The notes under the pieces were generated by a model. It did no database searches. It saw nothing but the letters and a program-made list of their open reading frames with translations, and was not told the DNA's origin. From Polyangiaceae bacterium (GTDB lineage: Bacteria; Myxococcota_A; Polyangia; Polyangiales; Polyangiaceae): 64,000 nucleotides of DNA. The translations under genes and the position numbers were made by a program. The stretch covers positions 2,208,001 to 2,272,000 of the forward strand of contig CBDCTZ010000016.1 in the NCBI GenBank assembly GCA_965222375.1, in the 5' to 3' direction. Of this stretch, positions 40,278-50,016 are shown piece by piece (within the stretch, counting starts at the first letter, position 1; each line of letters starts with the position of its first letter).

Positions 40278-40471
40278 GGGGATCTGCTTCGGGAGGGGCG
40301 CGGGGAAAGCGAAAAGACCTCAAAAATCCGCGGAGCGGCTACGATATCGGGCACTTGCGCTAGGGTCAAAGCTTTCGGCAGAGTCCGGGTTGTAGCGGTT
40401 TTGGGCTGGTTCCGAGCGACGTGGCGGGGCCAAGACCCACCTTTGGTTCTGGCTGCCGGCTTTTGCGGGAT

Positions 40472-41122
40472 TCAACTTGAACCGCGGCTGCGTTTTTCGT
40501 CGTGACCACTGACACCTGATCGCGCCTGCAGTGTTTTCAAGACACTTTGGAGGGAAACGCCCCGTCCCGCGAGACCAACTAGGGCATGATAGAGAAGATC
40601 CGCGGCTTCCGAAGCCACTCGTTCGTCCGCTTCTTCGTTCAGGGCAACGGCGAGTTCATTCGCTTCCTCGCGGATCTTGTCAGCGATTCGCTTCGGACCT
40701 GCATCCAATAGCGTGCGGGTGTAGCTGCGCTCCGAGTCGCTGCTGCGGCGCGCCTCGATGGTTTCTTCCAGCTGTTTTATAGGGGTCAACGCTCTACCGG
40801 GCTCGGCCTTGGAGGGGGAAATGCGTCGAAAAAAACAGCTGGGCTTGCCGGTGTGGCAACTCGGGCCTTTGGGTTCGACGAGGAGCAAGATGCTGTCTGC
40901 GTCGCAGTCCGCCCAGACTTCGCGGACCTGCAGCTCGCTACCGCTGGTTTCGCCCTTTCTCCATAGGCACTGTCGAGAACGGCTATAGAAGGTGGCGAGA
41001 CCCGACTCGAGAGTGTGGTCGAGAGCCTCTTGGTTCATCCAGGCGACCATTCGCACCTCCCCGCTGTAGGCGTCCTGGGCGATGGCCACGATCAGGCCGT
41101 TTTCATCAAAGTGCACGTTCAC
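40472..41122 (-). CDS. hisIE: Bifunctional phosphoribosyl-AMP cyclohydrolase / phosphoribosyl-ATP pyrophosphatase
   Basis: YSRSR..LWRKGETSG, DCDAD, SCHTG..SCFF, SYT, EAADLLYH. Confidence 0.96.
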   Translation of the reverse strand: MNVHFDENGLIVAIAQDAYSGEVRMVAWMNQEALDHTLESGLATFYSRSRQCLWRKGETSGSELQVREVWADCDADSILLLVEPKGPSCHTGKPSCFFRRISPSKAEPGRALTPIKQLEETIEARRSSDSERSYTRTLLDAGPKRIADKIREEANELAVALNEEADERVASEAADLLYHALVGLAGRGVSLQSVLKTLQARSGVSGHDEKRSRGSS

Positions 41123-41264
41123 CGGCCCACTCTAACAGCGCCTCAGGTTCGATCTGGCGCGCTCGGCGGCCCTGGGGGCGTGCCCCCCCAGCTTGCTGAA
41201 GGTCATTTGGGGGCTGGCGCCCCCCAACCGCGATCCAACCCGTGGGTTTTCCGTAGATTTCAGC

Positions 41265-41280
41265 TGGCGCGGTTCCTGCT
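41265..41280 (+). promoter_or_regulatory. Putative sigma54 promoter of the heme/beta-propeller cluster
   Basis: TGGCGCGGTTCCTGCT = GG-N10-GC, 52 nt before ATG 41333 (RBS GGAGG). Confidence 0.55.
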
Positions 41281-41332
41281 TCGTCTGTGCCCGGGCAAGC
41301 TCTGCCCTTTCCCGCTCTCGGAGGAACGACCC

Positions 41333-43687
41333 ATGGCGAACATTCCCGCGAAGACCCGACTCATCGGAGCTCTCGCCGTACCTTTTCTGGTAGGCCTCGG
41401 CGCCACCGCGACCACGGCGAGCTGCTCCAGCTCTTCCGATGAAGAGACTGGAACGGTGCTGGGCAAGGACGTGCAGAGCCTCGTCTACATTGTTCGGCAG
41501 CACACCTCGGTCGAGGGTGACGGTAATGTCAACATCAACGTGGCCGGCGGCATGGGCCAGGTCATCAACTACCTGCGCTACGTGCCGGGTGCTCGAATCG
41601 AGATCAAAAACCTGGTTACCGGCGATGTCGAGAACGTCATCGAGGACTTCCCCACCGCGGACGTCTCGAGCATGGAGCTGTCCTTCGACGCCAAACGGAT
41701 CACCTTTTCGATGAAGAAGGACGGGGACGACGACTTCCACATTTACGTCGCGGACCTCAAGCGTATCGATGGGAAGTTCCCCATCCGCCAGTTGACCTTT
41801 GGCCCGAGCGACGACGTGTACCCAATCTTCGTCGCGGGCGGCAAGATCGCTTTCGTTACGAACCAGGGCTACACCGAGATGGGCACCCGAGCAGATGAAT
41901 ACAACCACTCTCGTCAGGTCACCCAGATTGCGGTCGTGACGGAAGCCGGTGGCGACGCCGACCGGCGCCTTTGCTCTCAGAATCTGTCACACACCGTCAA
42001 CTTGTTCCCCTTGAAGGACGGCCGGGTTGGTTTCTCGCGCTGGGAGCATCTAGAGAGCGTCAACGATGTGAAGCTGTTCGCGATGAATCCGGACTGCACC
42101 CAGATGGTCGCCATCGGTGGGCAGCACGGTAAGCCGAGCAACAGCCTGGTGCAGATCGCCGAGTCCAACACACCGAACGTGTTCCTCGCGATTGCCACCA
42201 ATCGTGAAAACACGATTCAGTCGGGTTCGTTGATTCAAATCGATGCGCGTTCCCCGGCGGACCCCTCGAGGTTTTACGAGGAAGAGCCGACCTATGACAT
42301 TCTGACCCCAGCCGTGCCGAGGGACGAGGCGCCGTCGCCGGTGGGTCGCTATCGCTACCCGGCGTCGCTGCCCGATGGACGCATCCTGGTGTCCTGGGCT
42401 AGCGGCATGGTCAACGAGCAGAACGAGCTGTCGCTCACAGCGCCGGACTTCGGGCTCTACATCTACAATCCCCAGACCCGCGAGAACCAGCTGGTCGTGA
42501 ACTACGAGGGCAGCTGGGAGATGTACGGCCGCGCCGTCAGCCCGCGTGCGGAGCCGCCGATCATCGCATCGATTCAGGACAGCACGGACGCCACGGTCCC
42601 GACGCTCATGGGATCCATCGATGTCAAGCAAACTTCACTGTCGAGCGTGCACGGCCAGACCGTCTCGGGCGCGCAGTTCGATGGCACGCCGGTTGAAGAG
42701 GCCCTGAAGCAGTCCCATCGGGTCCGCATCATCGAGGGCTTTTCCAGCGAAGGGGCGCCCGGTACCCGTATGTTCGGCCTGACCATGGCTGAAGGCGCTG
42801 CGATGCTCGGCGAGGCGAAGGTCGAAGCTGATGGGTCCTGGCTGGCGGCGATTCCACCGTACGTGCCGGTGCACCTGCAGCCCATCGACCGCTACGGTCT
42901 GTCGATTCGAAGTCAGACGACTTGGATTCAGGGTATGCCGGGCGAGGACCGGGTCTGCGGTGGCTGCCACGAGAGTCGCACCAAACCGATTCTCTCGGGT
43001 GGCCAGCAGCTGACCATCGCGGCAGGTCGCGGCGCGGAGCAGATGAACCAGGCGGTTGCGGATCGGCTGGAGCTGCCCTGGTACGGCGCCGACGCACCGT
43101 ACAAGGCCAACGAGGTTCAGGAGCTGTTGAACGCCAAGTGTGTCAGTTGCCACAACGAGAGTACCAACGGCAATGGCCCGCAGGAGTTCTACACCATCAC
43201 GATGACGGACCCGCTCAGCGGTGCCGCCACGCCGTACCAGATTCCTCGCATGGATCTGTCGTCACGGCCCATCACGGTGGAGTACGACAACGAAATCAAG
43301 CCCTACGCCGCCTCCTATGTGAGCATCTTCTACGTGGATGCGTTGCAGATGGAGATGGAGGACGCCACTGTGACCGGCACACTGCCGCCGGTTTGGGCGA
43401 TACCGAGTTCGGCACGCCAGAGTGCATTGATCGAGAAGATCAACGCCGTTGCCGAGGGCGACCCCAACGCCACCGCGTGGAAGCTCGGGGAGCCCTTCAG
43501 CGACCCGAACATCAAGGGCGGAAGCCGCACGCTGCATCCCGAGGACGTGGGAGTCACGCTCACCAGGGAAGAACGCTTGATGCTCATCCGCGCCATCGAC
43601 ATGGGTGGTCAGTATGAGGCTCGACAGAACAACGGCTTCCAGGCCTACGGGGGCGACCCCCTCGGCGGCGGTGGGAAGCAGTACTGA
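41333..43687 (+). CDS. Hydrazine synthase alpha (HzsA)-like lipoprotein: beta-propeller, middle domain and two c-heme motifs
   Basis: Lipobox TASC; PD40-like blades; LGEAKVEADGSW...QPIDRYG...PGEDRVCGGCHE; second motif CVSCH. Confidence 0.8.
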   Translation: MANIPAKTRLIGALAVPFLVGLGATATTASCSSSSDEETGTVLGKDVQSLVYIVRQHTSVEGDGNVNINVAGGMGQVINYLRYVPGARIEIKNLVTGDVENVIEDFPTADVSSMELSFDAKRITFSMKKDGDDDFHIYVADLKRIDGKFPIRQLTFGPSDDVYPIFVAGGKIAFVTNQGYTEMGTRADEYNHSRQVTQIAVVTEAGGDADRRLCSQNLSHTVNLFPLKDGRVGFSRWEHLESVNDVKLFAMNPDCTQMVAIGGQHGKPSNSLVQIAESNTPNVFLAIATNRENTIQSGSLIQIDARSPADPSRFYEEEPTYDILTPAVPRDEAPSPVGRYRYPASLPDGRILVSWASGMVNEQNELSLTAPDFGLYIYNPQTRENQLVVNYEGSWEMYGRAVSPRAEPPIIASIQDSTDATVPTLMGSIDVKQTSLSSVHGQTVSGAQFDGTPVEEALKQSHRVRIIEGFSSEGAPGTRMFGLTMAEGAAMLGEAKVEADGSWLAAIPPYVPVHLQPIDRYGLSIRSQTTWIQGMPGEDRVCGGCHESRTKPILSGGQQLTIAAGRGAEQMNQAVADRLELPWYGADAPYKANEVQELLNAKCVSCHNESTNGNGPQEFYTITMTDPLSGAATPYQIPRMDLSSRPITVEYDNEIKPYAASYVSIFYVDALQMEMEDATVTGTLPPVWAIPSSARQSALIEKINAVAEGDPNATAWKLGEPFSDPNIKGGSRTLHPEDVGVTLTREERLMLIRAIDMGGQYEARQNNGFQAYGGDPLGGGGKQY

Positions 43688-43721
43688 GGTTGACCGGAGA
43701 AGGAAGAGAAGGAAGCAAGCC

Positions 43722-44645
43722 ATGAAACGCAACAACAAGACCGCTTTCGTATCCCTCGTAGCCGGCGCAACCCTATTTGTCGCCGGAAGCGTAGCCGCAG
43801 ACTCGAACGTCAAGTCTCGCTACAAGTCCCACGACGCGCTGAGCCAGCACGAGACCTCTCTGGAGGGCATCACGCCAATCGCCCAGCTCAAGAACATCGG
43901 GGCTGGCAACGTAGCGCCGACGGAAATCTGGCGGCGCCTGGAGCACGGTGAAAAGGTGGAGTGCCTGAACTGCATCCCCGTCGTTTCGAAGCTGCTTTTC
44001 GACGGTCACCCCAAGACCCGCGAGATTGCGGCTTGGTGGCTACGCCGCCGCATTCTAGGCGTGTTCGGCCCTGGCCAGGTTTACGAGACCACTCGAAGCA
44101 TGGTCACAGACATGAGCAAGACGGAAACCGAGCGCGCCTACGCGGTGGATGCCATGGGTGAGTTCCTGGTGGGAGCAGGAGTTGCCCCCGTTGCCCAGGC
44201 GTTGACTCAGGATCCCTCGGCCAGGGTTCGCAAGCATGCTGCTCAGGCCCTGCAACGGATGAACAACCAGGGTCCGAACGGTGAGCTTGCTCAAGCCGTT
44301 GCTGACAAGGACGTGGACGTTCGTCTGGCGGCCATCAAGGCCACCACCCGCATCCACGTGTTCACGGGAGTTGACGCTCTGGTCAAACGCATCAGTGACG
44401 AGTCGCCGCGGGTGCGCAAGCGCGCAGCCTTGGCCCTCGGTGCCATGCGCTCCAAGGATTCCGTCGTTGGTTTGATTGCTCTGACTTCGCCCGACAACGA
44501 GTCGGATCCCGAGGTGCGAGCCGCGGCGGTATGGGCACTGGGTCAGATCGCCGACCCTGCGGCGAAGGACGCCGTCACGGCGGCAGAGAAGGACCCAAAC
44601 AACTTCGTGCGTGACGCGGCCAAAATCGCGGCTCGGCGAATCTAG
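43722..44645 (+). CDS. Secreted HEAT-repeat protein with a CxxC motif
   Basis: Sec signal ending VAA, CLNC, repeated DxxxxVRxxAxxALG. Confidence 0.85.
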   Translation: MKRNNKTAFVSLVAGATLFVAGSVAADSNVKSRYKSHDALSQHETSLEGITPIAQLKNIGAGNVAPTEIWRRLEHGEKVECLNCIPVVSKLLFDGHPKTREIAAWWLRRRILGVFGPGQVYETTRSMVTDMSKTETERAYAVDAMGEFLVGAGVAPVAQALTQDPSARVRKHAAQALQRMNNQGPNGELAQAVADKDVDVRLAAIKATTRIHVFTGVDALVKRISDESPRVRKRAALALGAMRSKDSVVGLIALTSPDNESDPEVRAAAVWALGQIADPAAKDAVTAAEKDPNNFVRDAAKIAARRI

Positions 44646-44850
44646 TACGACAATCAGCAATAGGGGCAGTGCAGCTCGGTCTCAGGATCGGGCTGCGCTC
44701 TTTTTGTGGTCCGTCGAAGGCGTCACCAGGGCAGTGCTTCGGCACGCTTGAGCTCGCCCCCTCGTCCTCTTTGAGCGTCTGGAAAATCGACTGAGTTGAT
44801 GGCCGTTGCAACATGACGAATGTCAAGTTTCGAGCTAAAATTCCCGGGGA

Positions 44851-47800
44851 ATGTCGAGCTTTTCTCGCCTGGCCATCTTTCTGTCCGCCGTCTCTGGGCT
44901 CGCGATCTCACCGGGTTGCAGTCAGGAAGACCCTGGCGCCCAGAGCACGTTCTACGATCGCAAGATCGGTCCCATCCTGCAGCAGTCCTGTGTGTCGAGT
45001 CCCGCCACGTCATCGTGTCACACCGCTGCAGATGACCGCGGCAACGCCTTGGGAAACTTGAACATGGAGAGCTTCGATACGTTGTCGAAGCGCACCGATC
45101 TTCTCATCGACTACGGACCCTACGGGGTGTCTGGCTTGTTGTTGAAGGCTGTGCCGAACTTCGAGTTGAGGCTGACTTCCTGGGATGGAGAATCTCAGAG
45201 CATCACGACGGACATTGCACATGCGGGCGGGTCGCTCTTCGACTTCACGAGCGTGAGTTACACGCAGCTCGATCGCTGGATCGAAAACGGCGCGTCCGAA
45301 AATAACGCCGCGCCCAAGGTCCTCGAGCCCGTCTTGAGTGCCTGCAACTCGACCCTGGGCCTGGACCCAGCTTTCGACCCCAATAGCGATCCGGCGGCTG
45401 CGGACTTCGCTCAGTTCAAATCTCAGGTGAACGGTGTGCTGACTTCGAGTTGCGCGGCGGGCAACTGCCACGGTAACCCGTCGAACTCCCTGTACTTGAC
45501 TTGTGGCTCCAGCGCAGAGGAAGTGCGTTGGAACTACTTTGCTGCCAGCGATTACGTTTCCGTAGACGCGAGCGCCAGCGAGATCATTCGCCGTGTGCTC
45601 TCTCCCGAGCAGGGTGGCACCTACCACGAGGGTGGTGCGGTGTTCCCGTCCGCTGATGACCCTGGCTACCTGGCATTGCTGACTTGGGCGCAGGCCCAAG
45701 GCGGCGCCACCAACGTACCCACGGATCCTGGCTTTCAACTCTTCGCAAAGCGCGTACAGCCCATGTTGGTCAAGCGTGGTTGCATGATGCTGGGCTGTCA
45801 TTCGTCGTCGATCTTCCACGACTACCGCATCCGGGGTGGCAGTGGCGGCCACTTTGGCTTGCCTGCGACACGCCGCAACTACGAGCTCTCCCTGGAGCAA
45901 CTCTCTCTCGAGTCGCCGGACCCAAATGCCAGCCGCATCTTGAAGAAGAACTTGCCTCCTTCAGCCCGCGGCATGTTGCATCGAGGCGGCGCGCTCTTCG
46001 CTGGTGCCGATCCGACCCAATGCGATCTTGTCGCGGCGGAGACGGGTCCGATCGACGATCAGGATCCGTACTGTGTCATCCTGGCGTGGATCGAGAAGGA
46101 ACGTGCCGAGCGCATGCCTAGCGCCGCGCCCCTTTCAGGTATCGTGTATGTGCGACGCCCGCCCGCGACCGGGCCGAACACGCCCCAAGATTGGGATGTC
46201 TACGCCGGAGGCTCGGATTTAATGCTCGCTACTGCATCCATGGACGCAGCGGGGAGCGTGACCGCTGGACCGGGCACTAGCTTGCTGGGCCAATGCGGTC
46301 TGACCCCTGCCAGCGCCGATGTGCGCCGCCCCGCGGTATCCTGGGATGGCAAGCGGATTGCCTTCGCGGCTCGCTCCTCCGCCAGCGAGCCCTACAAGAT
46401 CTACGTCATCGCTGGTTCCACTTGCGCCGAGGAGGCTACCATCAACGCGCCGCCCACGGATGAGAGCGGTGCGGCCATCCCCGACAACGGGGAGCTCGTG
46501 CACAACTTCGACCCGGCCTTCGCGCCCGACGGCCGCATCGTTTTCGCCTCAACCCGGGGCAATACGCGGAACGTGAGTGCGTTCAGCTACCAGGGGCCTC
46601 AGCGCACTCCCGCGGACCCATCGAAGCTCAATGCGAACCTCTACCTGCTCGAAAACGGCAAAATCCGGCAGCTGACCTTCGTGCTGAACCAGGAAATCCT
46701 GCCCTCCTTCATGTCCGATGGCCGGCTGATCTTCACCACCGAAAAGCGCACCCCCGGCTTCTACCAGTTGGCCGGTCGCCGCCAAAACCTGGACGGAGGT
46801 GATTATCACCCGCTGTTTGGCCAGAGGCAGACCATCGGCTTCAACCAGCTGACGGACGTGTCGGAACTCTCGGACAAGAATCTGGCGGCGATTTTCAGCG
46901 ACAAGGGCGCGGCGCACAGTGCCGGGACCCTCGCGGTCATCAATCGCAGCATCGGAGTCGACCAATTGAGCAATAATCCCGACGACTACTTGCAGGATCC
47001 GGCTGCCATCGACTGGCCGAATCCGGCCTTCTATCAAAAAGCCGTGCGCATCATCGACCCCGCAGCCACGGGCAAGGCCGGCCCAACTCAGGGCGCCTAC
47101 CGCAATGTGTCATCTCTGCCCAACGCGATGATGCTGGTCAGCTACGCCCCGAACGTCGCTGATCTCACGGCCTTCAGCGGCAAGTTCGAAATCGTGCAGG
47201 TGGACTCCGTCACTGGTGCACGCACTCCGCTCATTTCCCATGGGAGCGATGACCTGCTCTGGCCTGTAGGCGTATTCGAGCGTCAGAACCATGGCGTGTT
47301 CACATCGCGCATCGACGAAGCCAACGGTGCTTCCACCGTCTACACGGACGCTGCTCGCACCGACCGCAGCCAGATCACGGTGGTGGACATGCCGATTCTG
47401 GTTAGCCTGCTGTTCCAGAACACCCGCACTGGCCGCATCTTGCCGACCCAAAGCTACCCGGTCGAAATCTGGGAGAGCCTCCCGCCCGAGCCCGGGGTGA
47501 AGAGCTACGCTGATGGGGGTAGCTTCGTGACCGACGACGCCTTTGGCAAAGTCTACGCGCGGCGCCGTCTGCGGGGCGTGGCCAACTTGGAAAGTGACGG
47601 CTCGGTCAAATTCGAAATCCCCGGTGGCATGCCCATGGTGCTTGCGACCAGCGTCCGCCTCAACGGCGAGAGCGAGGACAACTACCACTTCCAGCGCGAA
47701 GAGATGCAGTTCTACCCCGGCGAGTGGGTGCGCCAATCCTTCCGCCGAGAGCTCTTCAACGGCATGTGCGCTGGCTGCCACGGCTCCGTCAGCGGTTTCG

Positions 47801-47925
47801 AGAGCGACATCGCCACCAATCCCGACATTCTGACCAAGGCCTCCAACGTAGCCGCCCGCAAGGCCAGCCCCCTCGACCTAGTCAACAAGACCCCCGGCGA
47901 CGCCAAACCGCCACCCTTTCCGTGA
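44851..47925 (+). CDS. Multiheme HzsA-like lipoprotein: three cytochrome-like repeats, beta-propeller, middle domain
   Basis: Lipobox SPGC; CX8CH, CX4CH and CX4CH, each followed by HxGG and a W-containing helix; PAVSWDGKRIAF, PAFAPDGRIVF; ESDGSVKFEIPGG...CAGCH. Confidence 0.8.
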   Translation: MSSFSRLAIFLSAVSGLAISPGCSQEDPGAQSTFYDRKIGPILQQSCVSSPATSSCHTAADDRGNALGNLNMESFDTLSKRTDLLIDYGPYGVSGLLLKAVPNFELRLTSWDGESQSITTDIAHAGGSLFDFTSVSYTQLDRWIENGASENNAAPKVLEPVLSACNSTLGLDPAFDPNSDPAAADFAQFKSQVNGVLTSSCAAGNCHGNPSNSLYLTCGSSAEEVRWNYFAASDYVSVDASASEIIRRVLSPEQGGTYHEGGAVFPSADDPGYLALLTWAQAQGGATNVPTDPGFQLFAKRVQPMLVKRGCMMLGCHSSSIFHDYRIRGGSGGHFGLPATRRNYELSLEQLSLESPDPNASRILKKNLPPSARGMLHRGGALFAGADPTQCDLVAAETGPIDDQDPYCVILAWIEKERAERMPSAAPLSGIVYVRRPPATGPNTPQDWDVYAGGSDLMLATASMDAAGSVTAGPGTSLLGQCGLTPASADVRRPAVSWDGKRIAFAARSSASEPYKIYVIAGSTCAEEATINAPPTDESGAAIPDNGELVHNFDPAFAPDGRIVFASTRGNTRNVSAFSYQGPQRTPADPSKLNANLYLLENGKIRQLTFVLNQEILPSFMSDGRLIFTTEKRTPGFYQLAGRRQNLDGGDYHPLFGQRQTIGFNQLTDVSELSDKNLAAIFSDKGAAHSAGTLAVINRSIGVDQLSNNPDDYLQDPAAIDWPNPAFYQKAVRIIDPAATGKAGPTQGAYRNVSSLPNAMMLVSYAPNVADLTAFSGKFEIVQVDSVTGARTPLISHGSDDLLWPVGVFERQNHGVFTSRIDEANGASTVYTDAARTDRSQITVVDMPILVSLLFQNTRTGRILPTQSYPVEIWESLPPEPGVKSYADGGSFVTDDAFGKVYARRRLRGVANLESDGSVKFEIPGGMPMVLATSVRLNGESEDNYHFQREEMQFYPGEWVRQSFRRELFNGMCAGCHGSVSGFESDIATNPDILTKASNVAARKASPLDLVNKTPGDAKPPPFP

Positions 47926-48144
47926 GCCGTTAACCTCCGCGCAAACTGGTGACCTGATGGATGTCGACGTGCCATCACCCTGTCCCGAGCCTGAGCTCCC
48001 ATTGCTGGGGTTCGTGGCTGAGCGAGAGTGCTGCTGGCTACACTCCACTCCCGTAGGGTCGCCCCAACAGGCATTGCTCCCCATCGCGAAAACCGCTCGG
48101 TCTCCCAAGAGCCGACGGGTTCGGAAAAGCGCTGTCCCGACGCC

Positions 48145-48160
48145 AGGCACACGCTTTGCG
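48145..48160 (+). promoter_or_regulatory. Putative sigma54 promoter
   Basis: AGGCACACGCTTTGCG = GG-N10-GC. Confidence 0.5.
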
Positions 48161-48171
48161 TGGTGCTTGCC

Positions 48172-49260
48172 ATGGCGTTCAAGTCGATGCCCCCAAAGCT
48201 GGCGCTAGTTATCGGAGTCCTAGGCGCAGCTTGCTCCGAGGGCAGTGTGGGTACGGAGCCGGAAAACGATGCAGGCAGCGAAACCGGGACGGCTGGTGCG
48301 GGCGGTGAGGGCGGCACTTCTGTCGTGGACGACGGCGGGATGGGCGATGCACTTGGCGCGGACTCCTCCGCAGATGCGGGCCAAGGCGATTCCGGGGCTG
48401 CGGGCGACGCGACGATCCCTGGCTCTTGCTCGAACTCCGTGCGGGATCCGGGGGAGGCGGACACGGACTGCGGCGGCATGTGCCCGATGTGCCCGCCGAC
48501 GTTCATCGAGGGGTTCGAAAACTTCTCGCTGAAACCGCCGTGGGGCGTCGGTGCGACCAACCAACTGGGTGACGTCGTTGGGTCCTCGGAACAAGCGCTC
48601 GTCGGCGCCGGGAGTTTGAAATCCTACCTAGGCCTAACAACAGACCCAACCTCCGGGAAGCTGCGCGCGGAACTGCAGTTCAACGGAAGCTCGCAGACTC
48701 CCAAGTTTCGCGACAACGGCAGCATCTGGGGCACGCGTTGGGCAATGTTCGTCCCGTCTGATTTCGTGGCGGACCCGACCCAAGAAGAACTACATCAGTA
48801 CAAGGGGTTCACTTCCCCTGGAGACACGATCGGAAATCCGCCCTGGAGCATTGGGCTCACGGGAAAAACACTCCACGCCTGGAATCGAACGCAGAACAAG
48901 TCCCCGGTAACCAGCTTCGTCTTGCAGAAGTTTCCCAATATACTGAGCATCGTTCCTGGCAAGTGGCACTACTTCGTGGAAGACATCCGCTGGGACTACA
49001 ACCCGAAGGGGAAGGGATTCGTGAAGCTCTACGCCAGCGTGGGCTCTTGGCCTTCAGCTGCGGATCTGGTCGTCGACTACGTGGGTGCTACCGGATTCAA
49101 CCAGCAGTACGGCGCCTACTTCAAACTCGGCGTCTACAAGTATGACTGGGCGAACGCATCGAAGTTCCAGGCGTCTTCTGCTGCCGGCGTGAAGGAAAGA
49201 CGCTACTACTTCGATGAAGTCGCGTTTCGCAAGGATGGGACATTTTTGTACGCGCCCTAG
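48172..49260 (+). CDS. Polysaccharide lyase-like (heparin lyase I-type fold) lipoprotein
   Basis: Lipobox GAAC, Gly/Asp linker, RAEL, HQYK, PGKWHYF, YFKLGVYK, YFDEV. Confidence 0.78.
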   Translation: MAFKSMPPKLALVIGVLGAACSEGSVGTEPENDAGSETGTAGAGGEGGTSVVDDGGMGDALGADSSADAGQGDSGAAGDATIPGSCSNSVRDPGEADTDCGGMCPMCPPTFIEGFENFSLKPPWGVGATNQLGDVVGSSEQALVGAGSLKSYLGLTTDPTSGKLRAELQFNGSSQTPKFRDNGSIWGTRWAMFVPSDFVADPTQEELHQYKGFTSPGDTIGNPPWSIGLTGKTLHAWNRTQNKSPVTSFVLQKFPNILSIVPGKWHYFVEDIRWDYNPKGKGFVKLYASVGSWPSAADLVVDYVGATGFNQQYGAYFKLGVYKYDWANASKFQASSAAGVKERRYYFDEVAFRKDGTFLYAP

Positions 49261-50016
49261 CCCTCGCGTGAGCACCCCGTCCGTATCCGCTGGCAGCAAG
49301 ACGCCCGAAGAGGCCACGTCCCCTGTGACGCGGGTTCGTCGGGGTCGCCGGGCTGACCGCTCAGCGCGTCGGTTGACGCGTGTGGGTAAGCGTTGCTTTC
49401 GACACCGGTGGGGCGTTTGCCGCGATTCGCCTGGTCTCCGGCCGACGCCCAACGCACCAGCGCGCGTGCAGTGCGCTTCACGGGCTAGCAGCTCAGGCAA
49501 TCCCCGACTTCGTCCAAGGGAGGCCGACCAATTGCCTGCGGGTGACGCTCCACCTCGCACCGCGATGAACTGCCGATGACGCTAGCTTCCGGCACATCCC
49601 CCCAAGAACACGGAGTCTGAACCGCCGCGTTTTGCGCTTCCCCAATCCCAAGAGCCTGCCGTCACCGCAGAAGGGTGGTGAACCATCAGTAGATAGAGGC
49701 TGCCGCGAACTCCGAGGGCGGGCACCTAGATAGTGTCAGCCCAAGACCGGGGGGGGGAGAAGCGCAGGGTGGGCGCTCGACGTCCCCCGAGCGGGGTTGG
49801 GCGGGGATGGGTTGCGACACTCGTTTCCCCGATCTGGGCTGACACACACAATGTAAGACCGCTTTTGCTCGGCGCCAGCCCTCGGATTTGCGCAAGAAAC
49901 GTGGTGCTTCGTCGAAAGCCCCCGTACGAATGCTGCCAACCCGCATTCGCACAAAACGACGCGCGACCGCCGGTCCCAAGACACGACGGCCGCGAGCGGT
50001 TTTTTCAGCGCGGCGT

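Noticed and set aside
41333..47925. Genuine anammox hydrazine synthase
   Set aside because: No beta/gamma subunit or hydroxylamine-oxidoreductase-like genes in the window and the context looks myxobacterial; only domain-level similarity is claimed.
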